Shown here piece by piece: positions 37,599 through 46,355 of a DNA stretch of 64,000 nucleotides (position 1 is its first letter; each line of letters begins with the position of its first letter). The notes under the pieces were generated by a model. The model was not told the origin of the DNA. It searched no databases and saw only the letters and a program-made list of their open reading frames with translations. A program made the translations under genes and the position numbers. The stretch comes from Gammaproteobacteria bacterium (GTDB taxonomy: Bacteria > Pseudomonadota > Gammaproteobacteria > CBDBNL01 > JAAOII01). The stretch is from positions 61,199 through 125,198 of the forward strand of contig OZ242303.1 of assembly GCA_965207945.1 (NCBI GenBank), in the 5' to 3' direction.

Positions 37599-38180
37599 TT
37601 AACTTTCCCCTATGATGATGCTGCTTGTATCAGTAAACCTATAGGGGGGAACTTCTAAATTTGTTGGAGCGGGCATGTTCTTATACACTCTGCCTGACAT
37701 ATCAAAGCGAGAACCATGACAAGGGCAGAAGAATCCTCCCTCCCAATCCGTGCCAACGTCTGGGTCGCCTTTCACGGGCTTATATAAAGGAGAGCAACCA
37801 AGATGGGTGCAAATTCCCACTAATACCAGGTATTCAGGGTTTATGGCGCGGGCATCGCCGCTTATCTGCGTTGGTTGGATGCTGCTTTTAGAGGTGGGAT
37901 CTGCCAACAGGGCAGCGTTAGTGGCTAATTCTTGAATAATGCTGGATGAGCGGCGGAGAATCCATATAGGTTTGCCTCGCCATTCAATAATTTTAAATTC
38001 GCCCATTTTTAAGCCCGATATGTCTACTTCTAAGGGAGCGCCTAGTGCCTTGACCAAATCATTAGGCAGTAATGACCTCATGAAAGGTATGGCGGCAAAC
38101 ACGAATCCTATGGAGGCGAATACCCCTGTAATAATATTCAGGACTTTGCGTCTTTGTAAATTAGGTTTATTTTCAATCAT
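37599..38180 (-). CDS. petA: Ubiquinol-cytochrome c reductase Rieske iron-sulfur subunit.
   Basis: Rieske boxes CTHLGC and CPCHGS. Confidence 0.9.
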   Translation of the reverse strand: MIENKPNLQRRKVLNIITGVFASIGFVFAAIPFMRSLLPNDLVKALGAPLEVDISGLKMGEFKIIEWRGKPIWILRRSSSIIQELATNAALLADPTSKSSIQPTQISGDARAINPEYLVLVGICTHLGCSPLYKPVKGDPDVGTDWEGGFFCPCHGSRFDMSGRVYKNMPAPTNLEVPPYRFTDTSSIIIGES

Positions 38181-38319
38181 CTCTATTAAATAATGTGTAC
38201 GTATTAATTATAAACAATAGGAGACATTTTACAGCAAAAACATCATTTCTGCTCCTCCTCCGCTTTAATTATACACCATTTATTCTCTGCCTTTTCCTTA
38301 TATAAGTATAATAACAATT

Positions 38320-39636
38320 ATGATTAAATACCTAAAACAAGCAACACGCTCCGATGACAAAACATCCCGTGAGCAAATATCACGCACAGTCGCTGATATT
38401 GTCAAATCAATAGAAGAACGCGGCGATGAAGCGATCCGCGAGTTCTCACAAAAATTTGATAACTGGTCACCTCCTTCTTTTCAAGTATCAAAGGATGAAA
38501 TCGCAGATGCGATGAAGCAAGTGCCCACTACTGCGTTGGACGATATTAAATACGCCCAACAACAGATAAGCACTTTTGCGCAAAAACAGCGCGATGCATT
38601 ACAAGACACAGAAGTAGAAATTCAGCCAGGAGTTATCTTAGGGCATAAGAATATCCCAGTAAACCGAGCTGGCTGTTATGTCCCTGGCGGCAAGTACCCG
38701 CTGATTGCCGCAGCAAGTATGAGCATTATTACTGCCAAGGTGGCGGGAGTTAAACATATAACCGCAATGGCACCACCACAAGGCGGCAAGCCGCATCCAG
38801 TGGTAGTGGCGACCATGCATTTAGCCGGAGCTGATAGCATCTTAATGTTGGGAGGCATTCAAGCAATTGCTGCAATGGCTTATGGCATTGAGGCAGAGAA
38901 CATTAAACCCGTTGATATAATCGTGGGTCCTGGCAATGCTTATGTGGCAGAAGCCAAACGCCAATTATTTGGTGTGTCAGGTATTGATTTATTAGCAGGT
39001 CCCACCGAAACCTTAGTGGTTGCCGATGACACAGTGGATGGAGAGTTATGCGCCGTTGATTTATTGGGACAGGCAGAGCATGGACCTACTTCCCCAGCAG
39101 TGTTGATTACGGATTCGCAAAAACTTGCCGAGGATACTATGCAACACATAGAGCGATTATTAAAAGTAATGCCCACTGGCGAAACAGCCGCAGCCGCCTG
39201 GCGCGATTATGGCGAAGTTATTCTTTGCGATTCGCTGGAAGCCATGGTGCAGGCAGCCGATGAGGTTGCCTCCGAGCATGTGCAGATAATGACGCGCGAT
39301 GACGATTATTTTTTACAAAACCTAACCAACTTTGGAGCGCTTTTTCTGGGACCGCGCACCAATGTTTGTTATGGCGATAAGGTTATAGGCACCAATCATA
39401 CTCTGCCCACACTGAAAGCCGCCCGTTATACTGGAGGATTATGGGTAGGGAAATTCCTCAAAACTTGCACTTACCAACGAGTAACCAGCGATGAAGCGTC
39501 AGTCAAAATTGGCGAGTATGCCGCCCGTCTGTGTATGCTGGAAGGTATGAAAGGACATGCCGAACAAGCCAATATCAGAGTTAGACGTTATGGCGGCAAA
39601 AACATCAAGCCATATAGCGGCGCTGAGGAAGCATAA
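38320..39636 (+). CDS. hisD: Histidinol dehydrogenase.
   Basis: 438 aa with Zn-binding and NAD-binding HisD motifs (…GQAEHGPTSPAVLI…, …EHVQIMT…). Confidence 0.95.
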   Translation: MIKYLKQATRSDDKTSREQISRTVADIVKSIEERGDEAIREFSQKFDNWSPPSFQVSKDEIADAMKQVPTTALDDIKYAQQQISTFAQKQRDALQDTEVEIQPGVILGHKNIPVNRAGCYVPGGKYPLIAAASMSIITAKVAGVKHITAMAPPQGGKPHPVVVATMHLAGADSILMLGGIQAIAAMAYGIEAENIKPVDIIVGPGNAYVAEAKRQLFGVSGIDLLAGPTETLVVADDTVDGELCAVDLLGQAEHGPTSPAVLITDSQKLAEDTMQHIERLLKVMPTGETAAAAWRDYGEVILCDSLEAMVQAADEVASEHVQIMTRDDDYFLQNLTNFGALFLGPRTNVCYGDKVIGTNHTLPTLKAARYTGGLWVGKFLKTCTYQRVTSDEASVKIGEYAARLCMLEGMKGHAEQANIRVRRYGGKNIKPYSGAEEA

Positions 39637-39711
39637 AAGCTTATATAAGTGTATATATAAGTGTAATGACATAGAAGCATCGCAGAAAATTAAGTAACAT
39701 ATTAAAGCACA

Positions 39712-40476
39712 ATGGATATTCCTCGCACTCCCAGCCAAGACCTCACAGGCAAGCGCGCCATAATCACCGGAGCTAATGGCGGTTTGGGCTTTGCCTGCGC
39801 TGCAGCTTTGGCACAGGCGGGAGCAGAAGTATTCCTGCTGGCACGCAATGCCAAAACGCTTCGCGCCGCAGAAGATGCAATAAATCAAAGCGGCGGCAAG
39901 GCGCACTCAGTGATAGCGGACATCAATGATGTAGCCGCAATGAAAAGTGCGTTGGATGAGATTCCTTTGTGCAGTATTTTAGTGAATAATGCTGGCATCA
40001 ACCGCTTGGCAGATTTTGTTGATGTTACAGAGGATGACTTTGATGCCATATTTAATATAAACGTCCGCGCCTCTTTTTTTATGGCTCAAGAAGTTGCCAA
40101 GCGGCTGGTGGCAGCTAAACAACCTGGCTCAATCATAAACATATCTTCGCAAATGGGCTATGTGGGCGGTAATCAACGCAGTGTATATTGCGCGTCCAAA
40201 CATGCGATGGAAGGTTTCACCAAAGCTATGGCTTGGGAACTTGGTCCGCATAACATAAGAGCAAACACTATATGCCCCACTTTTTTTGCAACTCCCCTCA
40301 CTAAGCCAATGTTTGAAGATAAAGAGTTCATGCAAGAAGTTCTTGCTAAAATCGCCCTGAAGCGAGTAGGTGAACCACAAGATATTATGGCAGCAGTAGT
40401 ATTCTTAGCGGCAGATGGTTCCGCCATGATTACTGGCAGTGCCCTAAAAATTGACGGCGGCTGGACCGCAGTTTAA
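39712..40476 (+). CDS. Short-chain dehydrogenase/reductase (SDR) family oxidoreductase.
   Basis: ITGANGGLGFA Rossmann motif, NNAG motif and the YCASKHA catalytic Tyr-x3-Lys. Confidence 0.85.
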   Translation: MDIPRTPSQDLTGKRAIITGANGGLGFACAAALAQAGAEVFLLARNAKTLRAAEDAINQSGGKAHSVIADINDVAAMKSALDEIPLCSILVNNAGINRLADFVDVTEDDFDAIFNINVRASFFMAQEVAKRLVAAKQPGSIINISSQMGYVGGNQRSVYCASKHAMEGFTKAMAWELGPHNIRANTICPTFFATPLTKPMFEDKEFMQEVLAKIALKRVGEPQDIMAAVVFLAADGSAMITGSALKIDGGWTAV

Positions 40477-40591
40477 GGAACCACATAAAGTTATGGATAA
40501 TTTTATTAAAACAATGATGTCGCTCCACATTATTTATAAATTTAGTGCGGGTCCTCTCCATCTCGTCCAATTCACTCAAACCTACTTATAT

Positions 40592-42352
40592 ATGAACTGT
40601 TACAGAAAAATTAAGCGCTATATAAGCTTTTTCATTACGGCTATAATTCTCTCCTCATTAATTGCTTGCGGTGGAGACAGCGCAGCTACAGCTACCCCTG
40701 CTCCCGCCACAACTCCCCCTGCTCCCGCCACTGGCTCCCCTGGTCCTGCTGGTGTTACTGTTGTCATACTATCGGACTTCACTTCCTTGAGGATAACATG
40801 GGATAATATGCCACAAACCACCCGCTATGAAGTGTATGATAGCAGTGGGGTGAGAGTTGCCACTGTTACTCCTCCTGCCACTAGTTACACCGCCACAAAC
40901 CTATTGCCCAACACAAAATATACCTACGGTATCAAATCATGTAATCCATCTGGCTGCTCGGATTCCACTGAAGTATCTTTTACTACTAAGCCCATAGGTA
41001 CATCAAATGCCCCACAAGTTGCTGTAGTTACTTCAACTATTAGTACAGGAGTGATTTTCTTAAGGATTTCTTGGGACCGCATATCGGAAGTTACATCCTA
41101 CCAAATACTTAATCGGGCTGAGGAAGTGGTTGCAACAGTTCCAGCCCCATCTACCAGCTACATTATCACGCAACAATCAGTATATACCATATATAAATAT
41201 AAAGTTAGGGGCTGCTATGCCTCATCTGTCCCTGGAAGTTCCAATATATGCGGTGAGTTATCCCCAGCTGGCTCTGTTACCATTTCCACTGCTGACACTA
41301 ATATTATTAATAACAATACAGTTGGCGCTATAAGCATTAGTAACGCTACTGAACTTGCAGCTATCCGCACTAATAGCACTACTTTATCTGGCAACTATAA
41401 TCTAACTGGAAATATAGATCTATCCACCATACCTAATTGGCAGCCGATTGGCAACAAAACTAACGGGTTTACTGGCAGCTTTGATGGCAATGGTTACAAC
41501 ATAAGCGGAGTAAGTAGCTCGGGCTATCAACATGCTGGTCTGTTTGGTTATATGGAAAATGCAAATATAAGAAATATTCAGGTTTTGGTTGGTAATCTAT
41601 CATCACCAATATCTTATGCAGGAGGCCTGGTTGGTTTGGCTCGTTCAAGCGAGATTAGTAATTCTTATGTAGTAGTTGAAGGTAGTATATCATCAATATA
41701 TTCAGGAGGTCTGGTTGGCCATGCTGTCCGTAGTCGGATCAGCAATTCTCATGCAGTAGTTGAAGGGAGCATATCATCCTCATTTTCTGCAGGAGGTCTG
41801 GTTGGCTGGGCTGATAAAAGCTCAATAGGCAATTCTTATGCATTAGTTGCAGGCAGCATATCAGCATCAACATCATCAGATTATTCAACATATTCAGGAG
41901 GTCTGGTTGGCTGGGCTGATGAAAGCTCAATAAGTAATTCTTATGCATTAGTTGCAGGCAGTATATCAGCATCATCATCAAAATATGTTGGTTTTTCAGG
42001 AGGTCTGGTTGGCTTAGCTGAGAATAACTTGATTATCAATTCTTATGCAGCAGTTGCGGGCAGTATATCATCATCATCTAATCCTAGTTTTAGTACTTAT
42101 GCAGGAGGCCTGGTTGGCGAAGGCGATAATATGGATATTAAACGTTCTTATTACAACGGCAGCCGTAAATCTTCGGAAGGGGGATTTAGCAACACTCTCG
42201 GCACTTCTGAAACCCTTAGCGGATTGCGCAGATTAACTGCTGCGACTACTGGCTGGGACACAGGCATCTGGAATTTCGGTGCTGCTACTAACCTGCCGAC
42301 GTTGGTTGATAATCCTCTTACCGTGACTTTGCCGCCAGCTTTTCGGGAGTAG
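40592..42352 (+). CDS. P1: surface lipoprotein with two fibronectin-III-like domains followed by GLUG-like beta-helix repeats. The ORF is open from 40451, but the ATG at 40592 precedes the lipoprotein signal.
   Basis: The lipobox is LIACG. The FN3-like segments are (L/V)RI(T/S)WD…RYEVY…TSYT…NLLPNTKYTY. An NWQPIG…FTGSFDGNGYNISGV module is followed by repeated GGLVGx6-8SxIxNSYA units. Confidence 0.7.
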   Translation: MNCYRKIKRYISFFITAIILSSLIACGGDSAATATPAPATTPPAPATGSPGPAGVTVVILSDFTSLRITWDNMPQTTRYEVYDSSGVRVATVTPPATSYTATNLLPNTKYTYGIKSCNPSGCSDSTEVSFTTKPIGTSNAPQVAVVTSTISTGVIFLRISWDRISEVTSYQILNRAEEVVATVPAPSTSYIITQQSVYTIYKYKVRGCYASSVPGSSNICGELSPAGSVTISTADTNIINNNTVGAISISNATELAAIRTNSTTLSGNYNLTGNIDLSTIPNWQPIGNKTNGFTGSFDGNGYNISGVSSSGYQHAGLFGYMENANIRNIQVLVGNLSSPISYAGGLVGLARSSEISNSYVVVEGSISSIYSGGLVGHAVRSRISNSHAVVEGSISSSFSAGGLVGWADKSSIGNSYALVAGSISASTSSDYSTYSGGLVGWADESSISNSYALVAGSISASSSKYVGFSGGLVGLAENNLIINSYAAVAGSISSSSNPSFSTYAGGLVGEGDNMDIKRSYYNGSRKSSEGGFSNTLGTSETLSGLRRLTAATTGWDTGIWNFGAATNLPTLVDNPLTVTLPPAFRE

Positions 42353-42540
42353 ATTTGTAAGGGGGGGATAATACATATATAAGTGCGTTGCGAGCATGAG
42401 GATAGTTTATAGCAAGAGTTAAACATTTAGCGGACGGAGCCAGGGGGGATGAATATAGGCCCTCCGCCCCTACAGACCTGAGTTGCAAGGATTTATGTAT
42501 TATGTAAATTTGTGGACGCTGTAAAATAATTGATATGGCG

Positions 42541-42570
42541 GTTGTATTTTGGAGGGGATAGTGTTATAAT
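42541..42570 (+). promoter_or_regulatory. Candidate sigma-70 promoter for P2: TTGTAT, 17 bp, TATAAT.
   Basis: -35 at 42541-42546, a 17-nt spacer and a perfect -10 at 42564-42569. It lies in the 285-bp gap upstream of the second GLUG-repeat gene. Confidence 0.4.
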
Positions 42571-42646
42571 GGGCTTCTGTTAAATAAAGGGATTTAATAG
42601 AAGGGATTATTATACAAAGGGGATTTATACACAAGGGGTGATTCAA

Positions 42647-45600
42647 ATGAGGGGAATTAATCAATCAAAGATTAGTCAATTAATGGCTAATACATTAAGG
42701 ATTAGTGCATCAAAACTTAATAGCAACAAGCTATTTTTACAAGCGTTGTTATTTAGCGTTGCGCTGCTTGGCGCCTGTAGTTTAGATGTAAGCGTGTCTG
42801 ATGGAGAAGACGTTGCTTCGGTTCCACCGCAGCAGCCACAACCACCAGAGCAGCCAGGTATCCCGCCAGAGTATAATCCCCAGGAGCGATTTCCTGACAG
42901 CATCATCTTTGATGCGGATGGAGATGGAATTGTTAATGCTTATGACTTTGCTCATCTTGATAGCAATGTTCAGGTTAGAGGCAGAGGCACCCTTGATAAT
43001 CCTTTTATTATTCGTAATATTTATCAGTTGCAAGCAATTGCTGGAGTTGACCATACAGGGGTTGTATTGGACTCATCAAAATTCACTGATAGCACTTGGC
43101 TTTATGGCAACAGCAGAAGAGGGCAGCTCGGTAAGGCATACACCCTTGACAACAATATAGACGCAGCGCCAACCCGCGACTGGAATCATTATAGGGTGCA
43201 CGGTGTCTCAGAGGGATTATATCCGATAGGCAATTGCGGCAGAGACAATATCTGTAATAGTTTTGATGATTTACCTTTTAGCGGTAGTTTTATTGCTTCC
43301 TCTTTTTCCATTAATAACTTATATATACTACAGTCGTTTTTAAATGGAGTCGGCTTGTTCGGCATGGTTGCGGAGGATGCAGTTGTCGCTTCCCTGCGCT
43401 TAATTGGATTTGAGGTTAGCGGTAATAATAAAGTTGGTGGTTTGGCTGGCTTTAACGAAGGAACGCTTGGGGATATTTATGCTTATGGGACAGTTAACAG
43501 CAGATCAGAAGCTGGCGGGTTAGTTGGTGTTAACCGCAAGGATATTATTAATTCTTATGTCGGTGGCATAACTAATGGCGTGGATGTCACAGGCGGAATG
43601 GTGGGGCGCAATCAAGGCAAGGTTGAACACTCATCTTCCGCTGCCATAGTGCATGGCGGATCTTTTTCTGGTGGGATGATTGGCGTCAATGATGCTACTG
43701 GATTAATTGATTATTCTTTTGCGTTAGGAAAGATTATCGCCACTTCCGTAGTTGGTGGATTAGTAGGCAGCAATAATGGCAAGACACTTAATTCTTATGC
43801 CAGCGGCAATATGCATGCCGATGAAGAGGTGGGCGGTTTAGTCGGTAATAATCAAGGTTCAGTGGTTAGTTCTTATGCCTCAGGGAATGTCATCGGCGAG
43901 ATAAGTGTAGGCGGTTTGGTTGGCATGGGTGAAGGTCTTATAGATTATTCTTATGCGCACGGCAGTGTTACAGGAGGTAAAAAAGTTGGCGGCTTGGTAG
44001 GTTTCCAAAACGCTCATTCAGGAATATCATCTTCATATTCTACAGGGGCGGTGACAGGCACCAGCTTTGTCGGTGGATTGGTGGGTTATAGCTTAGCGGA
44101 TGCTTCTTTTTCATCATACTGGGATATACAAAGTAGCGGGCAGACGCAAAGTTTTGGTGGCTCTGCAGTGCAGGGTGTTACCACAGAGCAATTGAAAAAC
44201 TGCGGCATCAATGGCATCAGAGTTAACGATAATTTAGCTGTTGACTGTTCTGACTTATTTCCAGGAGATCTGTGGGATAGTAGGGATAACTCCGATGGCT
44301 CATCAACCTTATGGGACTTCTCATCTTCACAACACTACCCGCTTCTTACAGTTGGAGGTAAAAAACCTGGACGGATTAGATTTAGTGGCAGCTCTAACTT
44401 GCTACCCAATGAGATTTGTTTTGATATTGACAATATACGAGGAACATGTGTGAATAATATCTATGTGTTGGATGCAATTCAAGGGCTGGAAGTTGGCAGG
44501 ATTCTCGTAGCAAATAATAAGAATGCTTATTCTAAATTCACCTATACTTTTGCTGATGCCGATGCTAATGCCGACACTGACGCCGATGATAGCACCAATA
44601 ATATTAACAGGAGCATCACAGAATTATTTGCCATTGACTCAGATAGCGGTGTTATTACTATGGTGCGCAATGCCACTGTTGATGATATTGCTGCGTATCA
44701 GATGACTATTATAGCCCGCCCACAGAATCAACTACCAGGAAGAGAAGTTGAGCGCAGGCAACTTGTGGTTGAGTTTACTGCAGAGCTCACCAATGGAGAG
44801 CCGTTCTTTGATAAGCAAGATTATTCTTTCTCCAATCTGCCTGGTTATTTTATTACCCCTCTCGTTATGGTTAGTGCTGTAGACCCAGAAGGAGGAGATA
44901 TCTTATATACACTGGATTCCCCAGCAGCAACTCTGTTTCAAATAAGCGACACCGGCATAATAACTCCACGTAGTAATCTTGCTGCGGGTAAATATACAAT
45001 TGAGGTTACTGCCACTGATGAGGCAGGAGTATCCACCAGTAAAATTGCGCTGCTATATATAGCGTATGAGGATGCAGATAGAGATTTAGTGGTGGACCAT
45101 TATGATGCATTCCCTAATGATGCCTCAAAGTTTTCAAATGGTACTGGCACTGCCGAAGACCCTTTTATTATTAGCAACATATATCAGTTACAGGCAATCT
45201 CAGGATTTGATCATACATATAAAATAATTTCAAAAGCCGATTCATTAACAGGCGGCAGCTGGCTGTATGGCACAAGTCGTCTGGAACAACTTAACAACCA
45301 TTATCAACTTGCCAATAATATAAACGCCACGATTACTCATACTTGGTCCCCACATATTGCGGACGGAACAGAGGTCTCACCCGAGAATACACTATCTGGG
45401 TTTATACCTATCGGTAATTGCATAACTAACAAATCTTTTTCATGCGATGCAGGTGATACACAATTCTCTGGTTCTTTTGATGGTCGCGGCAATAGCATCA
45501 ACAACTTGCATATTAATTCTACGCAGGGGGAAAGAATAGCCCTGTTTGGCTCGCTTGCCTCAAATGGCAGCATAACCTCAGTAGGACTTCAAAACGTTGA

Positions 45601-46333
45601 TATATATGGTGGCAATAATGTTGCCGCTTTGGTTGGAGAAAACCATGGTTCGATCACCGCATCTTATGCTACTGGCAGGGTGGAGTTGTTTAGTAATGGT
45701 GGTATGTTGGCTGGATATAACAAGGGCGATATATATGCATCTTATGCAACAGGTAATTTGCATGGTTCTTTTGATGTCGGTGGATTAGCAGGTTACCATG
45801 AATTTGGCAACATAACTTCTTCTTACGCAGCCGTTAACATAATAGGCGGTTCGGCAAGTGGTGGTTTTGTCGGTCAGGCATTGCAGGGGTTCATTTATGC
45901 TACTTATTCTACGAGTATTATAAATTCTGAGGAGGGTGGTAGTGCCTTTGCGCACAGTAGATTATTGACTGTTATCTATTCATCTTATTGGGATAATAGA
46001 ACTAGTGGGGTGGATGTTGACATAGAAGATGATTTGATTGAGGATAAGAACTATTCCCCTACATCCATAACAACCCAACGTTTGCAGGGTTGTGGTAGAA
46101 ATGGAATACCTACGAGGGACTACTCAGGCAATGATTGTCTTGGAGTTTTTCCTGAAGTAGTATGGGGGGATGTTACAAACTCTCGCGGCATGACGATAGG
46201 TTGGATTTTTGAGCCCTTTAATCATTACCCTAAGTTAAGAGTGGTGGATAAGTTAGGCAACTCTTTAATGCCAAGCCCTGTAGAACAGTTCTGTCATCGT
46301 CAAGGGCTTTTCCTTGGCTGCTCAAATAATTAA
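42647..46333 (+). CDS. P2: large GLUG-repeat surface lipoprotein (about 1228 aa) with an internally duplicated module and a cadherin-like segment. A GTG at 42638 is also in frame.
   Basis: The lipobox is LLGAC. There are two copies of the D-x-D-x-D-G + PFII(R/S)NIYQLQAI(A/S)G(V/F)DHT + WLYG(N/T)SR module, each followed by GGLVG/NSYA repeats. The central segment AIDSDSGVITMVRNATVDD resembles a cadherin-like domain. Confidence 0.75.
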   Translation: MRGINQSKISQLMANTLRISASKLNSNKLFLQALLFSVALLGACSLDVSVSDGEDVASVPPQQPQPPEQPGIPPEYNPQERFPDSIIFDADGDGIVNAYDFAHLDSNVQVRGRGTLDNPFIIRNIYQLQAIAGVDHTGVVLDSSKFTDSTWLYGNSRRGQLGKAYTLDNNIDAAPTRDWNHYRVHGVSEGLYPIGNCGRDNICNSFDDLPFSGSFIASSFSINNLYILQSFLNGVGLFGMVAEDAVVASLRLIGFEVSGNNKVGGLAGFNEGTLGDIYAYGTVNSRSEAGGLVGVNRKDIINSYVGGITNGVDVTGGMVGRNQGKVEHSSSAAIVHGGSFSGGMIGVNDATGLIDYSFALGKIIATSVVGGLVGSNNGKTLNSYASGNMHADEEVGGLVGNNQGSVVSSYASGNVIGEISVGGLVGMGEGLIDYSYAHGSVTGGKKVGGLVGFQNAHSGISSSYSTGAVTGTSFVGGLVGYSLADASFSSYWDIQSSGQTQSFGGSAVQGVTTEQLKNCGINGIRVNDNLAVDCSDLFPGDLWDSRDNSDGSSTLWDFSSSQHYPLLTVGGKKPGRIRFSGSSNLLPNEICFDIDNIRGTCVNNIYVLDAIQGLEVGRILVANNKNAYSKFTYTFADADANADTDADDSTNNINRSITELFAIDSDSGVITMVRNATVDDIAAYQMTIIARPQNQLPGREVERRQLVVEFTAELTNGEPFFDKQDYSFSNLPGYFITPLVMVSAVDPEGGDILYTLDSPAATLFQISDTGIITPRSNLAAGKYTIEVTATDEAGVSTSKIALLYIAYEDADRDLVVDHYDAFPNDASKFSNGTGTAEDPFIISNIYQLQAISGFDHTYKIISKADSLTGGSWLYGTSRLEQLNNHYQLANNINATITHTWSPHIADGTEVSPENTLSGFIPIGNCITNKSFSCDAGDTQFSGSFDGRGNSINNLHINSTQGERIALFGSLASNGSITSVGLQNVDIYGGNNVAALVGENHGSITASYATGRVELFSNGGMLAGYNKGDIYASYATGNLHGSFDVGGLAGYHEFGNITSSYAAVNIIGGSASGGFVGQALQGFIYATYSTSIINSEEGGSAFAHSRLLTVIYSSYWDNRTSGVDVDIEDDLIEDKNYSPTSITTQRLQGCGRNGIPTRDYSGNDCLGVFPEVVWGDVTNSRGMTIGWIFEPFNHYPKLRVVDKLGNSLMPSPVEQFCHRQGLFLGCSNN

Positions 46334-46355
46334 TTAATAAAGGAGGTATATACAA

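Noticed and set aside
40451-40591. Upstream extension of the P1 ORF overlapping the 3' end of the SDR gene.
   Set aside because: The lipoprotein signal begins only after the ATG at 40592. The extension overlaps the SDR stop and has no ribosome-binding site, so it is probably 5' UTR read through in frame.
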